DNA of 64,000 nucleotides from the NCBI GenBank assembly GCA_963674785.1, contig OY771555.1:1728001-1792000 (forward strand). Direction: 5' to 3'. The notes beneath the pieces were generated by a model. That model ran no database searches. It was not told the origin of the DNA and saw only the letters and a program-made list of their open reading frames with translations. The position numbers and the translations under genes were made by a program. How positions within the stretch are numbered: the stretch's first letter is position 1; each line of letters opens with the position of its first letter. The stretch comes from Caldisericia bacterium. GTDB lineage: Bacteria > Caldisericota > Caldisericia > JAAYUI01. Below, piece by piece: positions 22,857 through 33,258 of this stretch.

Positions 22857-23983
22857 ATTCCATCAAAAAGGTCTCTTGCGGAATTGTCATCATCTGACTT
22901 CTCCCAAGATTCCTTCTCCTTTTGAAGTCTTTCCCTCCATGATATAAACGATTGGAAACCATCACTCTTGTCTTTATCTCCATCGGATTCTTGCTCTATT
23001 TCGTTTGTATCAGATAAATCCATAATATTTGTCTTATTACTTGTGGTTTCTGAAGAAGTTTCAGTTTCATCATCATCTACCACATCTTTCTCATCATCTG
23101 ATTCATACACGATTTTTATAGCATCTGTGCTGCTATCATAAGAGAGAAACTCAGAATTGGCTGAGCTTTTCTCTTCTTCAGTATCTTCCTCAGTCTCATC
23201 AGAAAACCTGAACTCAATTTTATCTTGATCATCTGATGTGTCAGTTTCATGTGTTGGCTCGAAAGGAACATCCCCATCAGATTCTGATTCGATTGCTTCC
23301 TCTGACTCCTCTTCCACTGATTCTTCTTTCTCAACCAATGAGATTATCTCATCAGGATTTTCAATCTCTCTTTCGGTGGATTCGATTTCTTCTTCAATTT
23401 CGATGAGTTCAATAATTTCATCGGGGTCAGATATTTCGACAGAATTATCATCAACATCCAGAGGCTGAGATTGACTTTCTTCAACAGTTTCAACCGATAA
23501 ATCCGGTTCGTGATGCGTTATTTCCGGCTCGAAAATAACTTCATCGGATTCATCAGATGATACAGCATCAACAAGTTTTTCATCAGTTGTCTCAAAACTC
23601 ACAACTGACTCAGGAACAGATGGTTCATCTTTGATTTTTTCAGCAATAGCCGTTCTTAGTTTCTTACCCTTGTGAAGCAGCAAACCAAGATTTACATCAG
23701 AATCAGCAATCAAAAACAATGAATGATTTTCCAAAAAGAACACAAGAAGGAAAGAATCCTGATTCTTAATCAGGACATAGTCGTTTCCGGTTTTGCCAGC
23801 ACGTTCTGTTACTGAACTTGTAATACCAAGAATTGAAGTAGCCGATGCCGAAAGGGCTTCATTTAATGAGGAATCAGTTTCAGGAAAGGCATTTGTCAAC
23901 AGCCCATCAGATGTGCAAAGGACAGCTCTTTGGCAATATTTAATTGAGGTAACAGTTTCCTTTAATATCTCGTTGTAACTCAT
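22853..23983 (-). CDS. Roadblock/LC7 domain protein with ~250-aa acidic low-complexity tail
   Basis: N-terminal AVLCTSDGL...VNLGLL roadblock pattern; D/E/S-rich C-terminal region. Confidence 0.7.
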   Translation of the reverse strand: MSYNEILKETVTSIKYCQRAVLCTSDGLLTNAFPETDSSLNEALSASATSILGITSSVTERAGKTGNDYVLIKNQDSFLLVFFLENHSLFLIADSDVNLGLLLHKGKKLRTAIAEKIKDEPSVPESVVSFETTDEKLVDAVSSDESDEVIFEPEITHHEPDLSVETVEESQSQPLDVDDNSVEISDPDEIIELIEIEEEIESTEREIENPDEIISLVEKEESVEEESEEAIESESDGDVPFEPTHETDTSDDQDKIEFRFSDETEEDTEEEKSSANSEFLSYDSSTDAIKIVYESDDEKDVVDDDETETSSETTSNKTNIMDLSDTNEIEQESDGDKDKSDGFQSFISWRERLQKEKESWEKSDDDNSARDLFDGI

Positions 23984-24348
23984 TACGCAAGTTCCTCAAA
24001 CAGTTTTTGCTCAAATTTTTTAAGGAGGTACTTCGCTTTTCCGATATTGCCATCTGAAGTTCTCAAGCAAACAATACAGAAAAACTCTGTGCCGGGAATT
24101 TCATGGATTATAATGTGATGATCTGAAAAGGAATGGATACTCGAAAGTGCACCCTCATCATTAATCTCAAAACCTGCTTTTTTTGTAGCATTGAAAACGG
24201 TTGAAAATTCAACAATCAATGATGTAATATCAACATCGGGAAAAAGACTTTTTTGTGTCAATGCAAGCCCATCTCGTCCAACAAGTGCATAACACTCGAG
24301 ACCAACAAGTTCGTTACCTATATCTTCTAATATGTTATCAAGTTGCAT
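23983..24348 (-). CDS. Roadblock/LC7 (MglB-like) protein
   Basis: ALVGRDGL...GNIGKAKY; 121 aa; TTGACG-N16-TAGGAT promoter and GAGGAGG RBS upstream. Confidence 0.78.
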   Translation of the reverse strand: MQLDNILEDIGNELVGLECYALVGRDGLALTQKSLFPDVDITSLIVEFSTVFNATKKAGFEINDEGALSSIHSFSDHHIIIHEIPGTEFFCIVCLRTSDGNIGKAKYLLKKFEQKLFEELA

Positions 24349-24456
24349 TTGAGCCTCCTCATACGCTCAATATCCTATTTGATTTTCCGAATTCGTCAAG
24401 CGATAATCAACAAGACCTTTGCATTGAAACATATGTTGTTATAATACCCATTTGTT

Positions 24457-25848
24457 ATGAAGAATCTAATTACATGGCTTGCACAAACAAGGATTGCAAG
24501 GTGGTTTCTCCGAAAATCATCTGTTGCATCAGAAAAGACTATTTTGTCGTTTTCAAGAGACGTTCATATGTCTTCCTCGGAGAAAATCTATTCTGTTTTT
24601 TTTAAGTTCTTTTTCAAAATATTCATGAGGTCTTATGGAATATCATGGAAGCAACTCAAGGGAGCATTAGAAGATCCAGGAATAGCCAGATGTTTTGTGC
24701 TTGTGACAAAAAGCCTTGCTGAATATGGATTAAGAGTCCCCATCGTTTTAAAGGCTCCATTTTCCGTTGTGTACAACCTGACAAACAGGTGCAACCTCCT
24801 TTGCAAGCATTGTTTTCAGCGTGCACACGAAAATGAAAAAGACCACATGACTCTTGCACAAAAATTAAAAATCATCGATGAACTCAATGATGCTGGTGTT
24901 GCCGCAATAACATTTTCTGGCGGAGAACCACTCATGTCAGATGACTTCTATGAGGTAGCCAATCACGCCTTCAAAAAAGGGATATATGTCTCTATTGATA
25001 CAAACGGCACACTAATTGATGAAGACACCGCAAAGAAACTATATGATACCGGTATTAGATGTGCACAAATTTCAATTGACTCAACAGATTCAAAAGTCCA
25101 TAACGAATTCAGAGGAAAAGATGGTGCTTTTGAGCTTTCCATGAAAGCAGCAACACATCTTTCAAAAATCGGGATTCATTTATCGATGGGTGTAACCCTT
25201 ACAAAATTCAATTTTGATAAAATTGATGAGTTTATAAATCTTGCAAAAAGCAATCATTTCAACCGAATTGTTTTCTATCACCTTGTTGCAGTTGGCAGAG
25301 GTGAAGAGGTTTACGACCTCGACCTTTCCCCAAAGCAGCGTTCTGAAACCATGGAAAAACTTGCAAACATAAATGATCCTGACATAGACATACTCTCTGA
25401 AACCCCCCACTTCGGACTCGAAACCATCAAGATAAAAAATGGAAGAAAATCTGAACTGCCGACTTCAAATTCATTCCCAATCACAGCATATTTCAATATG
25501 CTCCCACATCACAGTTTCTTCAGGGCGTTATCCGATATCTTAGGTGGTTGCCCTGCAGGAAGACTCTACGGAAACATCCAACCAAATGGAGACCTCACTC
25601 CGTGTATGTTTTCGCCATTTTATCCAGTTGTTGGGAATTTGACAAAACAATCGTTTGAGGAAGCCTGGAAAGGTTTCGAATTCCTTTGGGATAGAGACCT
25701 GCTAAAAGGTAAATGTGGTCAATGTATTAACAAAATCAGTTGTGGCGGATGCCGTGCAAGAGCTGCCTCAAAGGGCGATTCGCTCATAACTGATTTTGGA
25801 TGCGATATAGCAAAGTATTACAAGGAGGACAAGCGTGGACACCACTAA
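24457..25848 (+). CDS. Radical SAM/SPASM protein
   Basis: CNLLCKHC, FSGGEP, SPASM GCPAG...PC...CGQC...CGGCRARA. Confidence 0.92.
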   Translation: MKNLITWLAQTRIARWFLRKSSVASEKTILSFSRDVHMSSSEKIYSVFFKFFFKIFMRSYGISWKQLKGALEDPGIARCFVLVTKSLAEYGLRVPIVLKAPFSVVYNLTNRCNLLCKHCFQRAHENEKDHMTLAQKLKIIDELNDAGVAAITFSGGEPLMSDDFYEVANHAFKKGIYVSIDTNGTLIDEDTAKKLYDTGIRCAQISIDSTDSKVHNEFRGKDGAFELSMKAATHLSKIGIHLSMGVTLTKFNFDKIDEFINLAKSNHFNRIVFYHLVAVGRGEEVYDLDLSPKQRSETMEKLANINDPDIDILSETPHFGLETIKIKNGRKSELPTSNSFPITAYFNMLPHHSFFRALSDILGGCPAGRLYGNIQPNGDLTPCMFSPFYPVVGNLTKQSFEEAWKGFEFLWDRDLLKGKCGQCINKISCGGCRARAASKGDSLITDFGCDIAKYYKEDKRGHH

Positions 25849-26860
25849 ACTGAAAAATGATGCGATTTCAGAAATTGAAAAATCAACATCATCCACCGAA
25901 ATTGAAGAACTGAGAGTAAAATATCTTGGTAGAAAATCTGAATTGAGTCTTGCGTTCAGAGAGCTTGGAAAGCTTTCACCAGAAGAGAAGAAAGCACTTG
26001 CTCAAGATCTGAATGAAACAAAAAACTTCATCACAAAAATGATCGATGAAAAAAACGAGATTTTCAAAAAACAAGAAAAAGAAGCACAGATAAAAGCAGA
26101 AAAAATAGATGTCTCGCTTCCAGGAAGAAAAGAAAATATAGGCACATTCCATCCAGTTTCAATTATCATGGAACAGATCGTAGAAATCTTTCACAGAATC
26201 GGTTTTGAGGTTAGAACCGGTCCACACATTGAAGATGATTTTCACAATTTTGAAGCACTCAATATTCCAAAACATCATCCCGCAAGAGCCATGCAGGATA
26301 CTTTCTATATGGAAGATGGAAAACTTCTGAGAACACACACTTCACCAACTCAGATAAGAATGATGGAATCAAGCACACCGCCAATAAAGATGATTGCGCT
26401 TGGAACCTGTTACAGAAAAGATGCAACAGATGCTTCACACATGCCGGTCTTTCATCAGGTTGAAGGTCTCATGATTGACAAAGACATAACATTTTCAGAT
26501 CTCGGTGGAATTCTTTCCATTCTTTTGACAGAAGTCTTTGGTGGAGAAACAAAAGTCAGATTCCAACCTTCATACTTCCCATTTGTTGAACCAGGAGCAG
26601 AGACTTTAGCATCCTGTCCTTTCTGTGGCGGAGAGGGATGTCGCACATGCCAGGGTTCAGGATGGGTTGAGATGGGTGGTTCTGGAATGGTTCACCCAAA
26701 TGTTTTAAGAAATGTTGGATATGACCCGGATGTCTATCAGGGATTCGCATTCGGATGGGGACTTGAAAGACTTGCCATGCTCAAGTTTGGAATCAGAGAC
26801 ATTAGAGACCTTTTCACGGGCGACCTTAGATTCCTTTCACAGTTTGGAGGTATAAGATGA
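25835..26860 (+). CDS. pheS: Phenylalanyl-tRNA synthetase alpha subunit
   Basis: HPARAMQDTFY, LRTHTS, FHQVEG, YFPFVEP, GFAFGWGLERLAM. Confidence 0.98.
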   Translation: MDTTKLKNDAISEIEKSTSSTEIEELRVKYLGRKSELSLAFRELGKLSPEEKKALAQDLNETKNFITKMIDEKNEIFKKQEKEAQIKAEKIDVSLPGRKENIGTFHPVSIIMEQIVEIFHRIGFEVRTGPHIEDDFHNFEALNIPKHHPARAMQDTFYMEDGKLLRTHTSPTQIRMMESSTPPIKMIALGTCYRKDATDASHMPVFHQVEGLMIDKDITFSDLGGILSILLTEVFGGETKVRFQPSYFPFVEPGAETLASCPFCGGEGCRTCQGSGWVEMGGSGMVHPNVLRNVGYDPDVYQGFAFGWGLERLAMLKFGIRDIRDLFTGDLRFLSQFGGIR

Positions 26861-29238
26861 TTTCATTAAATCTTTTACGATCATACACAGGTTGGGACTT
26901 GACCGACAAAGAAATAATTGATGGTTTCATCAGGCTCGGAATCGAAGTTGAAGAGGTTACCCACAGAGACAATATTGAGGGAACAAGAATCGGAATCATT
27001 CGAGAGATTACACCAATTACTGAAAAACTGAATCTCACAAAAACTGAGGTTGGCGAAGGTGATGTAAGAGAGATAGTCACAAACTCCAAAACTGTGAAGG
27101 TAGGGGATAAAGTTATTGCTGCACTTCCGGGTGGAAGAGTTGGAGACCTTCAAGTTGGTGAAAGAAAACTTCAAGGAACAATGTCATATGGAGTATTCCT
27201 CGGAGCTAAAGAAACAGGTGTTCCTTTAGAAATACTTCCTGCTGAGGAGCGTGATGGAGTATGGATCCTTCCAAAAGATGCACCCGAGTTTACTGATCCT
27301 GCTGAATCACTCTGGTTGAAAGACATAATCCTCGACGCAAGCCTCACACCAAATCATCCTGAATGGCAGGGGCTTGAAGGACTCATCAGGGAGCTTGCCA
27401 TTGTGCTTTGGTGGAAAACTGGTGAAATACCAGAAGTTCCAAAATTTGAAGCCCCAAAACTAACTTTTACAGGGAAAACCTCTGACAAGATGGCAATCGA
27501 GATTGATGATAAAGACGGCTGTATCAAATACACCGGCATCTATGCACAGATTGATTCCGTAAAACCTTCGGGATTTGATGCTAGAAAAAAACTTCTCGCA
27601 AGTTTCATGAGACCAATCAATAACGTTGTTGATGCATCAAATCTGATGATGTACTTCACCAATCAACCAACACACGCGTTTGATGCCGACAAGATCAAAT
27701 CGCACAAAATAAAGGTTTCATCCACAAAATCAGAGACTGAGTTTGTAACTCTTGATAAGGTAACACACAAGCTTCCAAAAGACACGCTGATGATTTGTGA
27801 TGATGAGATACCTATTGGGATCGCAGGGATTATGGGCGGACTTGATTCAGAAGTTAGCAATGATACGAAAAATATCCTTCTCGAATCAGCGTGTTTCTCG
27901 AACACAAAAATTGCCCAAACTGTTTCTCTTACAGGAATCAGAACTGATGCGAGTTCAAGATTCGATAAGGGTGCCGACCCAGAAACAACAGAAAGAACCG
28001 CTTATCTCGTGCTTGAAATGATCGGTGGAACTCCTTCTGAGCCACTTACAATCGGTAATGATGTTGAAAGAAATAAACTCACATTGCGATCATCGAGAAT
28101 GCAAAAGATTCTAGGTTATCTTCCAAAGATTGATGATGTCAAAAAAGGATTCTCACTTCTTGGATTGAATTGTACAGGAGATAATGATTTAGGGATTGAT
28201 ATTCCAGGTTTTAGAAGAGTCGACCTCTCAGCAGAAATCGACTTGATTGAAGAAGCAGTAAGAGTTACCGGGTATGATAATGTTCCAGCAACATTACCGC
28301 TCATAAAACTCAATATGATGCATGAAAAACCAGAGTTTGACTTTGAAAGAAGACTCAGGAGAATCACAGCGGGTATTGGTTTCAATGAGTGTGTGACATT
28401 GACTTTCACAAATGAAGATGAACTCAAAAAATTCCAGCTTGAATCAAAGCTTGACCTTGCTCCAAAAATCAGCAACCCAATGACAGCGGATGCAACAATG
28501 CTTAGACCAACAGGCGAAATTGGACTCATCAATACCGCTGCTGGCAATATCAGACAGGGAAACCACGATTTGAAACTGTTTGAAATTGGAAGCCAGTTTG
28601 GTCCTGAAACAAGAACATTGATGATTCTATTACACGGAAAAAATGGGACATTCTGGGATAAGGAATCAAATACATACGACTTCTTCGACATGAAGGGGAT
28701 TATTCACACCTTATTAAGTCAGCTTTCAATTTCAAATTTCATCGCAATTGAGTCCAATGATAATCCACATCTTCACCCCGAGAGACAAGCAAAAATAACT
28801 GCTGACAAAGAAACTATTGGCTACTTTGGTGAACTTCACCCTGACATTTCAGACACATTTGACTTCCCAGACAAAGTCCAGATAGCAAATATCGATATCC
28901 CAAGACTGATGAATGTTCTTCCCGAGAAAATTAAATTTGTCCAGACTCCAAAATTCCCTCCAGTTTATAGGGATATTTCAATGCTCTGCCCAGAATCCAT
29001 TTCAAGCTCTGAAATCGAAAAAAGAATCATGGAATCATGTGATGAAAAACTCTCATCTGTAAGACTTTTTGATCTTTTTGTGTCTGATGAAAACAAAGAA
29101 AAAGGCATCAAATCCTTAGCCTATTCACTTGTATTCGTTGATAAATCAGGAACTATTAAAGGCGAAGAGATCGACTCTCAGATTGAAAAAGTGATTTTGA
29201 ATCTTAAGGAAATTGGAGCAATTGTCAGAACAGGATGA
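26857..29238 (+). CDS. pheT: Phenylalanyl-tRNA synthetase beta subunit
   Basis: INNVVD, HAFDAD, RTDASSRF, DLIEE, C-terminal FDX-ACB domain (RDIS). Confidence 0.95.
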   Translation: MISLNLLRSYTGWDLTDKEIIDGFIRLGIEVEEVTHRDNIEGTRIGIIREITPITEKLNLTKTEVGEGDVREIVTNSKTVKVGDKVIAALPGGRVGDLQVGERKLQGTMSYGVFLGAKETGVPLEILPAEERDGVWILPKDAPEFTDPAESLWLKDIILDASLTPNHPEWQGLEGLIRELAIVLWWKTGEIPEVPKFEAPKLTFTGKTSDKMAIEIDDKDGCIKYTGIYAQIDSVKPSGFDARKKLLASFMRPINNVVDASNLMMYFTNQPTHAFDADKIKSHKIKVSSTKSETEFVTLDKVTHKLPKDTLMICDDEIPIGIAGIMGGLDSEVSNDTKNILLESACFSNTKIAQTVSLTGIRTDASSRFDKGADPETTERTAYLVLEMIGGTPSEPLTIGNDVERNKLTLRSSRMQKILGYLPKIDDVKKGFSLLGLNCTGDNDLGIDIPGFRRVDLSAEIDLIEEAVRVTGYDNVPATLPLIKLNMMHEKPEFDFERRLRRITAGIGFNECVTLTFTNEDELKKFQLESKLDLAPKISNPMTADATMLRPTGEIGLINTAAGNIRQGNHDLKLFEIGSQFGPETRTLMILLHGKNGTFWDKESNTYDFFDMKGIIHTLLSQLSISNFIAIESNDNPHLHPERQAKITADKETIGYFGELHPDISDTFDFPDKVQIANIDIPRLMNVLPEKIKFVQTPKFPPVYRDISMLCPESISSSEIEKRIMESCDEKLSSVRLFDLFVSDENKEKGIKSLAYSLVFVDKSGTIKGEEIDSQIEKVILNLKEIGAIVRTG

Positions 29239-30914
29239 CTTCCTGGGAAATAGCAACCAGACTTAGAAAAATATCTCGAATGATCCCGTTTTCTGAAAAG
29301 ATTACGGGTTCATTAAGATATTTGGATGCGGCGACACTACTTTTTTCTCTTGATCTTGATGATGTTCACGAAGAACTCATAACACACTTTGAAAACACTG
29401 GAGTAATGGACAAAAAAGTATGTGCTGACATTTTTGAAATGCTTAAGTCCGAAAATTCAACAATTGAGATGAATTTGATGGAATATGTTCCAAAAGGTAT
29501 AAGAAATCTTCTTCATCTTGATAATTTACGACCAGCAACTGTTTCGCAACTCTATTATGATCTTGGAATAGAAACAATCGATGAGCTTAAAAGAGCATTT
29601 GATAATAACATTCTTACTGGAAAAAAAAGTCTCGGAAAAAGATTTTCAGAACAACTTCGTCATCATTTGACACTCTATTACAAAGGAAACTCCAGCCTTT
29701 TTTTATACAAGGCTGAATATCTGGCAAATCTTATAAAACGCCGAATTGAAAAAACAAATCTCACTTCATCGGTACTTATTGTTGGGGATGTAAGACGCGG
29801 AAAAGAAGAGATAACAAACATCGATATTCTGTGTGTAGCAGAAAAACCAAATATCAACCTTTCAACAGATTTGATGAATAAACTGGGGCTTCCAAAATCT
29901 GAAATCACAAATTCTGGTTTTTCGGCTATTTATGAAAAAATGAATGTCAGAATACATTTTTGCAAAGAAAAATATCTCGGTTCAGTTCTCGTCTTCTTCA
30001 CTGGACCAAATGAGCATTACGACAAGTTAAGCAAAAAAATAGGACATGCAAAAAGGGTAAAGGCAGGATTCTTTAAGATTCTTGGTGATGAAAAGACATT
30101 TTATAAAAAGCTCGGTCTTTCTTATATCCCACCAGAAGTCCGTGAATGGGAAGATGCTATTGAACTTACTGAAGCAGGAAAGACTTGGAATCTTTTAGAA
30201 CTAGAAGATATTCAAGGTGATCTTCACGTTCACACAACCTGGAGCGATGGAAGGTCAAATTTTAAACAGCTAGGATATACAGCCAAAAATCATAGTCTGA
30301 ATTACATCTCAATAACTGACCACGCCCAAAAGATCAAGGTTGCGCGTGGTATTGATCTAGTCTCATTAAAAAAACAGATTAAAATCTTACAGAAAATGAA
30401 TTCATATGAAACTGATTTTGCCTTTATTCCGGGGATCGAACTAAACATAGACAAAAGCGGAGAAATTGATTACACACTCAGAGAAAACATTTTGAAACTC
30501 GGAGCAATCCACTCTGAAATGGGATGTACCCCCTCAGAAATTGAGAATAGATATATTAATGCTATAAGATCAGGTAACATAAACATCATTGCTCATCCAA
30601 GCGGAAGAAAGCTTAAAGTGAGAGATGAGTTTGATGTTGACTGGAAAAAGATTTTTACCGAGGCTGCAAAAAATAATGTTGCAATTGAATTAAACTATGC
30701 TCCTGACAGAATGGATTTGAGATGGGAACTTGCAAGAATTGCCGATGAGGCCGAATGTAAATTTACAATTGGTGGCGATATTCACTTCGCCGGTCAGCTT
30801 AATCACATCAAATATGGAGCAAAGATTGCAAAAAGGGCTGGTCTTTCTAGTGAAAAAGTGTTAAACTGTCTCCCAGCACGTGAACTGCGGCTGTTGCTTT
30901 GGAATAATAAATGA
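29235..30914 (+). CDS. polX: PolX/PHP protein with non-canonical polymerase site
   Basis: GDVRRGKE..TNIDIL, FTG..EH, YIPPEVRE; PHP motifs HVHT.WSDG, ITDH, IAHP, D.H. Confidence 0.85.
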   Translation: MTSWEIATRLRKISRMIPFSEKITGSLRYLDAATLLFSLDLDDVHEELITHFENTGVMDKKVCADIFEMLKSENSTIEMNLMEYVPKGIRNLLHLDNLRPATVSQLYYDLGIETIDELKRAFDNNILTGKKSLGKRFSEQLRHHLTLYYKGNSSLFLYKAEYLANLIKRRIEKTNLTSSVLIVGDVRRGKEEITNIDILCVAEKPNINLSTDLMNKLGLPKSEITNSGFSAIYEKMNVRIHFCKEKYLGSVLVFFTGPNEHYDKLSKKIGHAKRVKAGFFKILGDEKTFYKKLGLSYIPPEVREWEDAIELTEAGKTWNLLELEDIQGDLHVHTTWSDGRSNFKQLGYTAKNHSLNYISITDHAQKIKVARGIDLVSLKKQIKILQKMNSYETDFAFIPGIELNIDKSGEIDYTLRENILKLGAIHSEMGCTPSEIENRYINAIRSGNINIIAHPSGRKLKVRDEFDVDWKKIFTEAAKNNVAIELNYAPDRMDLRWELARIADEAECKFTIGGDIHFAGQLNHIKYGAKIAKRAGLSSEKVLNCLPARELRLLLWNNK

Positions 30915-33250
30915 ACAAACATACATTAAAAATACTTGAATTTGAGAGGATTAAAGAGCATTTGAAATCTCTGTCATTCACCGAAGGTGGCAGGGAATTT
31001 ATTGAAAATCTCGAACCAAGTAACCGCCTTGAAACTGTTTCAAATCTCCAAGATGAAACGACACAAGCAAAAGAATTTATTCAAATCGCCGGAAACATTC
31101 CACTTTCTGAAATAAAACCAATAAAAGATATACTGAGTGACTCTGCTATTGGTGTAACCGTAACATCCAGACAGGCACTCGATTTGTACCTCACCCTTAA
31201 AGCTTCAAGAGAAATAAAGGCTCTTATTTCCTCACATATGGAGCTTGCTCCAAGTCTTTGGGCGATTGCAGAACGTATCAAACCAAAAGCAAATCTTGAG
31301 AGGATGATAACAAAAGCAATCGACGAAGATGGAGAAATGCTTGACTCAGCCTCAGAGATGCTGACATCAATAATGTCGCAAACAAAGATTGTTAAAAACC
31401 GTGTCAAAGCGAAGCTTGATGACATTATTAAAACATCATCATACTCAAAAATGATTCAAGACGCTGTCATCACAATTCGAGATGACAGATATGTTATACC
31501 TATCAAATCTGAGTTTAAAAACCATTTTCCATGCATTGTCCACGACTCGTCATCATCGGGACAGACTTTATATGTTGAACCATTATCAGTTATTCCACTG
31601 AATAATGATCTTCGAAATCTGAGACAACGGGCAAGGGAAGAGATCGAAAGAATTCTAAAGGAAATCACCCTTGAGATTGCCTATGCTGCACATGATCTAA
31701 AGATCATGAATGACTCAGTCTCAAAACTTGATTTTATCTTCTCAAAAGGTCAACTTTCAATTGACTGGAATTGTATTTGCCCTGAACTCGATTCATCCCC
31801 AAAATTGAAGATTATCTCCGGAAGACACCCGCTTCTGAGTGTTGAACCAGTTCCAATTGATATTCAACTAGGAGACGGATATAGAGCACTTGTCTTAACT
31901 GGTCCAAATACCGGTGGAAAAACTGTTTCACTAAAAACAACTGCACTATTTATTGTTATGACCGAGTGTGGGTTACATGTACCATCACTTCCAGGTACAA
32001 AGATTGGAATGTTTGATGATATACTCGTTGATATTGGCGATGAACAAAGTATCTCTCAAAACCTTTCCACATTCTCATCTCATATGAGCAATATTGTTTC
32101 AATCCTCATGAGCGCAACAAAATATACGCTTGTTATGCTTGATGAATTGGGTGCTGGAACCGACCCCTCTGAGGGTGCTGTTCTCGGTTACTCAATTCTT
32201 AAACATCTCTACGATAACTCAGTTCCCACAATAATCACAGCTCACATTGGTGAACTGAAGGCTTTTGCGTACAAACACTCTCACGCAATGAACGCATCAG
32301 TTGGATTTGATTCAGATACCTTAAAACCCACATTCAAAATCCAAATCGGAACTCCTGGAGCATCTCATGCTTTCGACATTTGCAGACGTCTTGGTCTTCC
32401 CGAGACTATCCTTGAAAATGCAAAAGACCTTTTGACAGACGAACAGAAGGACACAACAAAAATCCTCACTCAAATGAGCAAGGATGCAAAAGATATTGAA
32501 GAAGACAGGGAGTCAACAAAAAGAACCAAAGAGGAGATCGAGCAATTAAAGAGCAAACATCTTCAAGAGATGGAGGATTTTGAAAACAAGAAAAGCTCAA
32601 TGCTTGAGAGTGAACTCAAGAAGGCTTCATCCTTCCTTGGAAAAAAGATGGCAGAAGCAGACGAGATAGTAAAGAAACTTGCGGCTGCTACAAGACAATC
32701 CAAAGAAACCGATGATCTTCGAAATAGAATTCAAGAAATAAGGGCTGAGGTCTCAGAAAAAGAACCCGAGATAGCCGGATACGGAGAGCCCCCAGACATC
32801 TACACCCTAAAACCAGGTGACGCAGTTTTTGTGCCAAGGTTTAAATCTCAGGGAATAGTGATGGATGTTCTAAGAGAAAAAAATAAGGTTATGGTTCAAG
32901 TTGGATCAGCAAGAATACAAGTGTCAGCAGACAGCATAGAGCTTGCAAAGGAAAAACCGTCGGTTGAACAAAACAGTGAGTCCGAAAAAAGACCGGCATT
33001 TTCAAAAGTACCAATCAAACTTGAACTATATGGACTTAAAGTTGTTGATGCTATTGTAAAACTTGAGCATTATTTGGATCAGGCCTATGGGGCTGGAATT
33101 CCATTTGTGTACATAGTACACGGAAGAGGGACTGGAACACTGAGAAAATCTATTACTGAATTTCTCCCAACCAGTCCAAGAGTTGACAGATTCCATCTTG
33201 CAGATGAATCAGAAGGTGGAGATGCTGTCACGATTGTATTTTTAAAGTGA
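30911..33250 (+). CDS. mutS2: MutS2 endonuclease / ribosome-collision factor
   Basis: TGPNTGGKT, STFSSHM, LDELGAGTDP, Smr domain IVHGRGTG. Confidence 0.95.
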   Translation: MNKHTLKILEFERIKEHLKSLSFTEGGREFIENLEPSNRLETVSNLQDETTQAKEFIQIAGNIPLSEIKPIKDILSDSAIGVTVTSRQALDLYLTLKASREIKALISSHMELAPSLWAIAERIKPKANLERMITKAIDEDGEMLDSASEMLTSIMSQTKIVKNRVKAKLDDIIKTSSYSKMIQDAVITIRDDRYVIPIKSEFKNHFPCIVHDSSSSGQTLYVEPLSVIPLNNDLRNLRQRAREEIERILKEITLEIAYAAHDLKIMNDSVSKLDFIFSKGQLSIDWNCICPELDSSPKLKIISGRHPLLSVEPVPIDIQLGDGYRALVLTGPNTGGKTVSLKTTALFIVMTECGLHVPSLPGTKIGMFDDILVDIGDEQSISQNLSTFSSHMSNIVSILMSATKYTLVMLDELGAGTDPSEGAVLGYSILKHLYDNSVPTIITAHIGELKAFAYKHSHAMNASVGFDSDTLKPTFKIQIGTPGASHAFDICRRLGLPETILENAKDLLTDEQKDTTKILTQMSKDAKDIEEDRESTKRTKEEIEQLKSKHLQEMEDFENKKSSMLESELKKASSFLGKKMAEADEIVKKLAAATRQSKETDDLRNRIQEIRAEVSEKEPEIAGYGEPPDIYTLKPGDAVFVPRFKSQGIVMDVLREKNKVMVQVGSARIQVSADSIELAKEKPSVEQNSESEKRPAFSKVPIKLELYGLKVVDAIVKLEHYLDQAYGAGIPFVYIVHGRGTGTLRKSITEFLPTSPRVDRFHLADESEGGDAVTIVFLK

Positions 33251-33258
33251 GGTAGATA

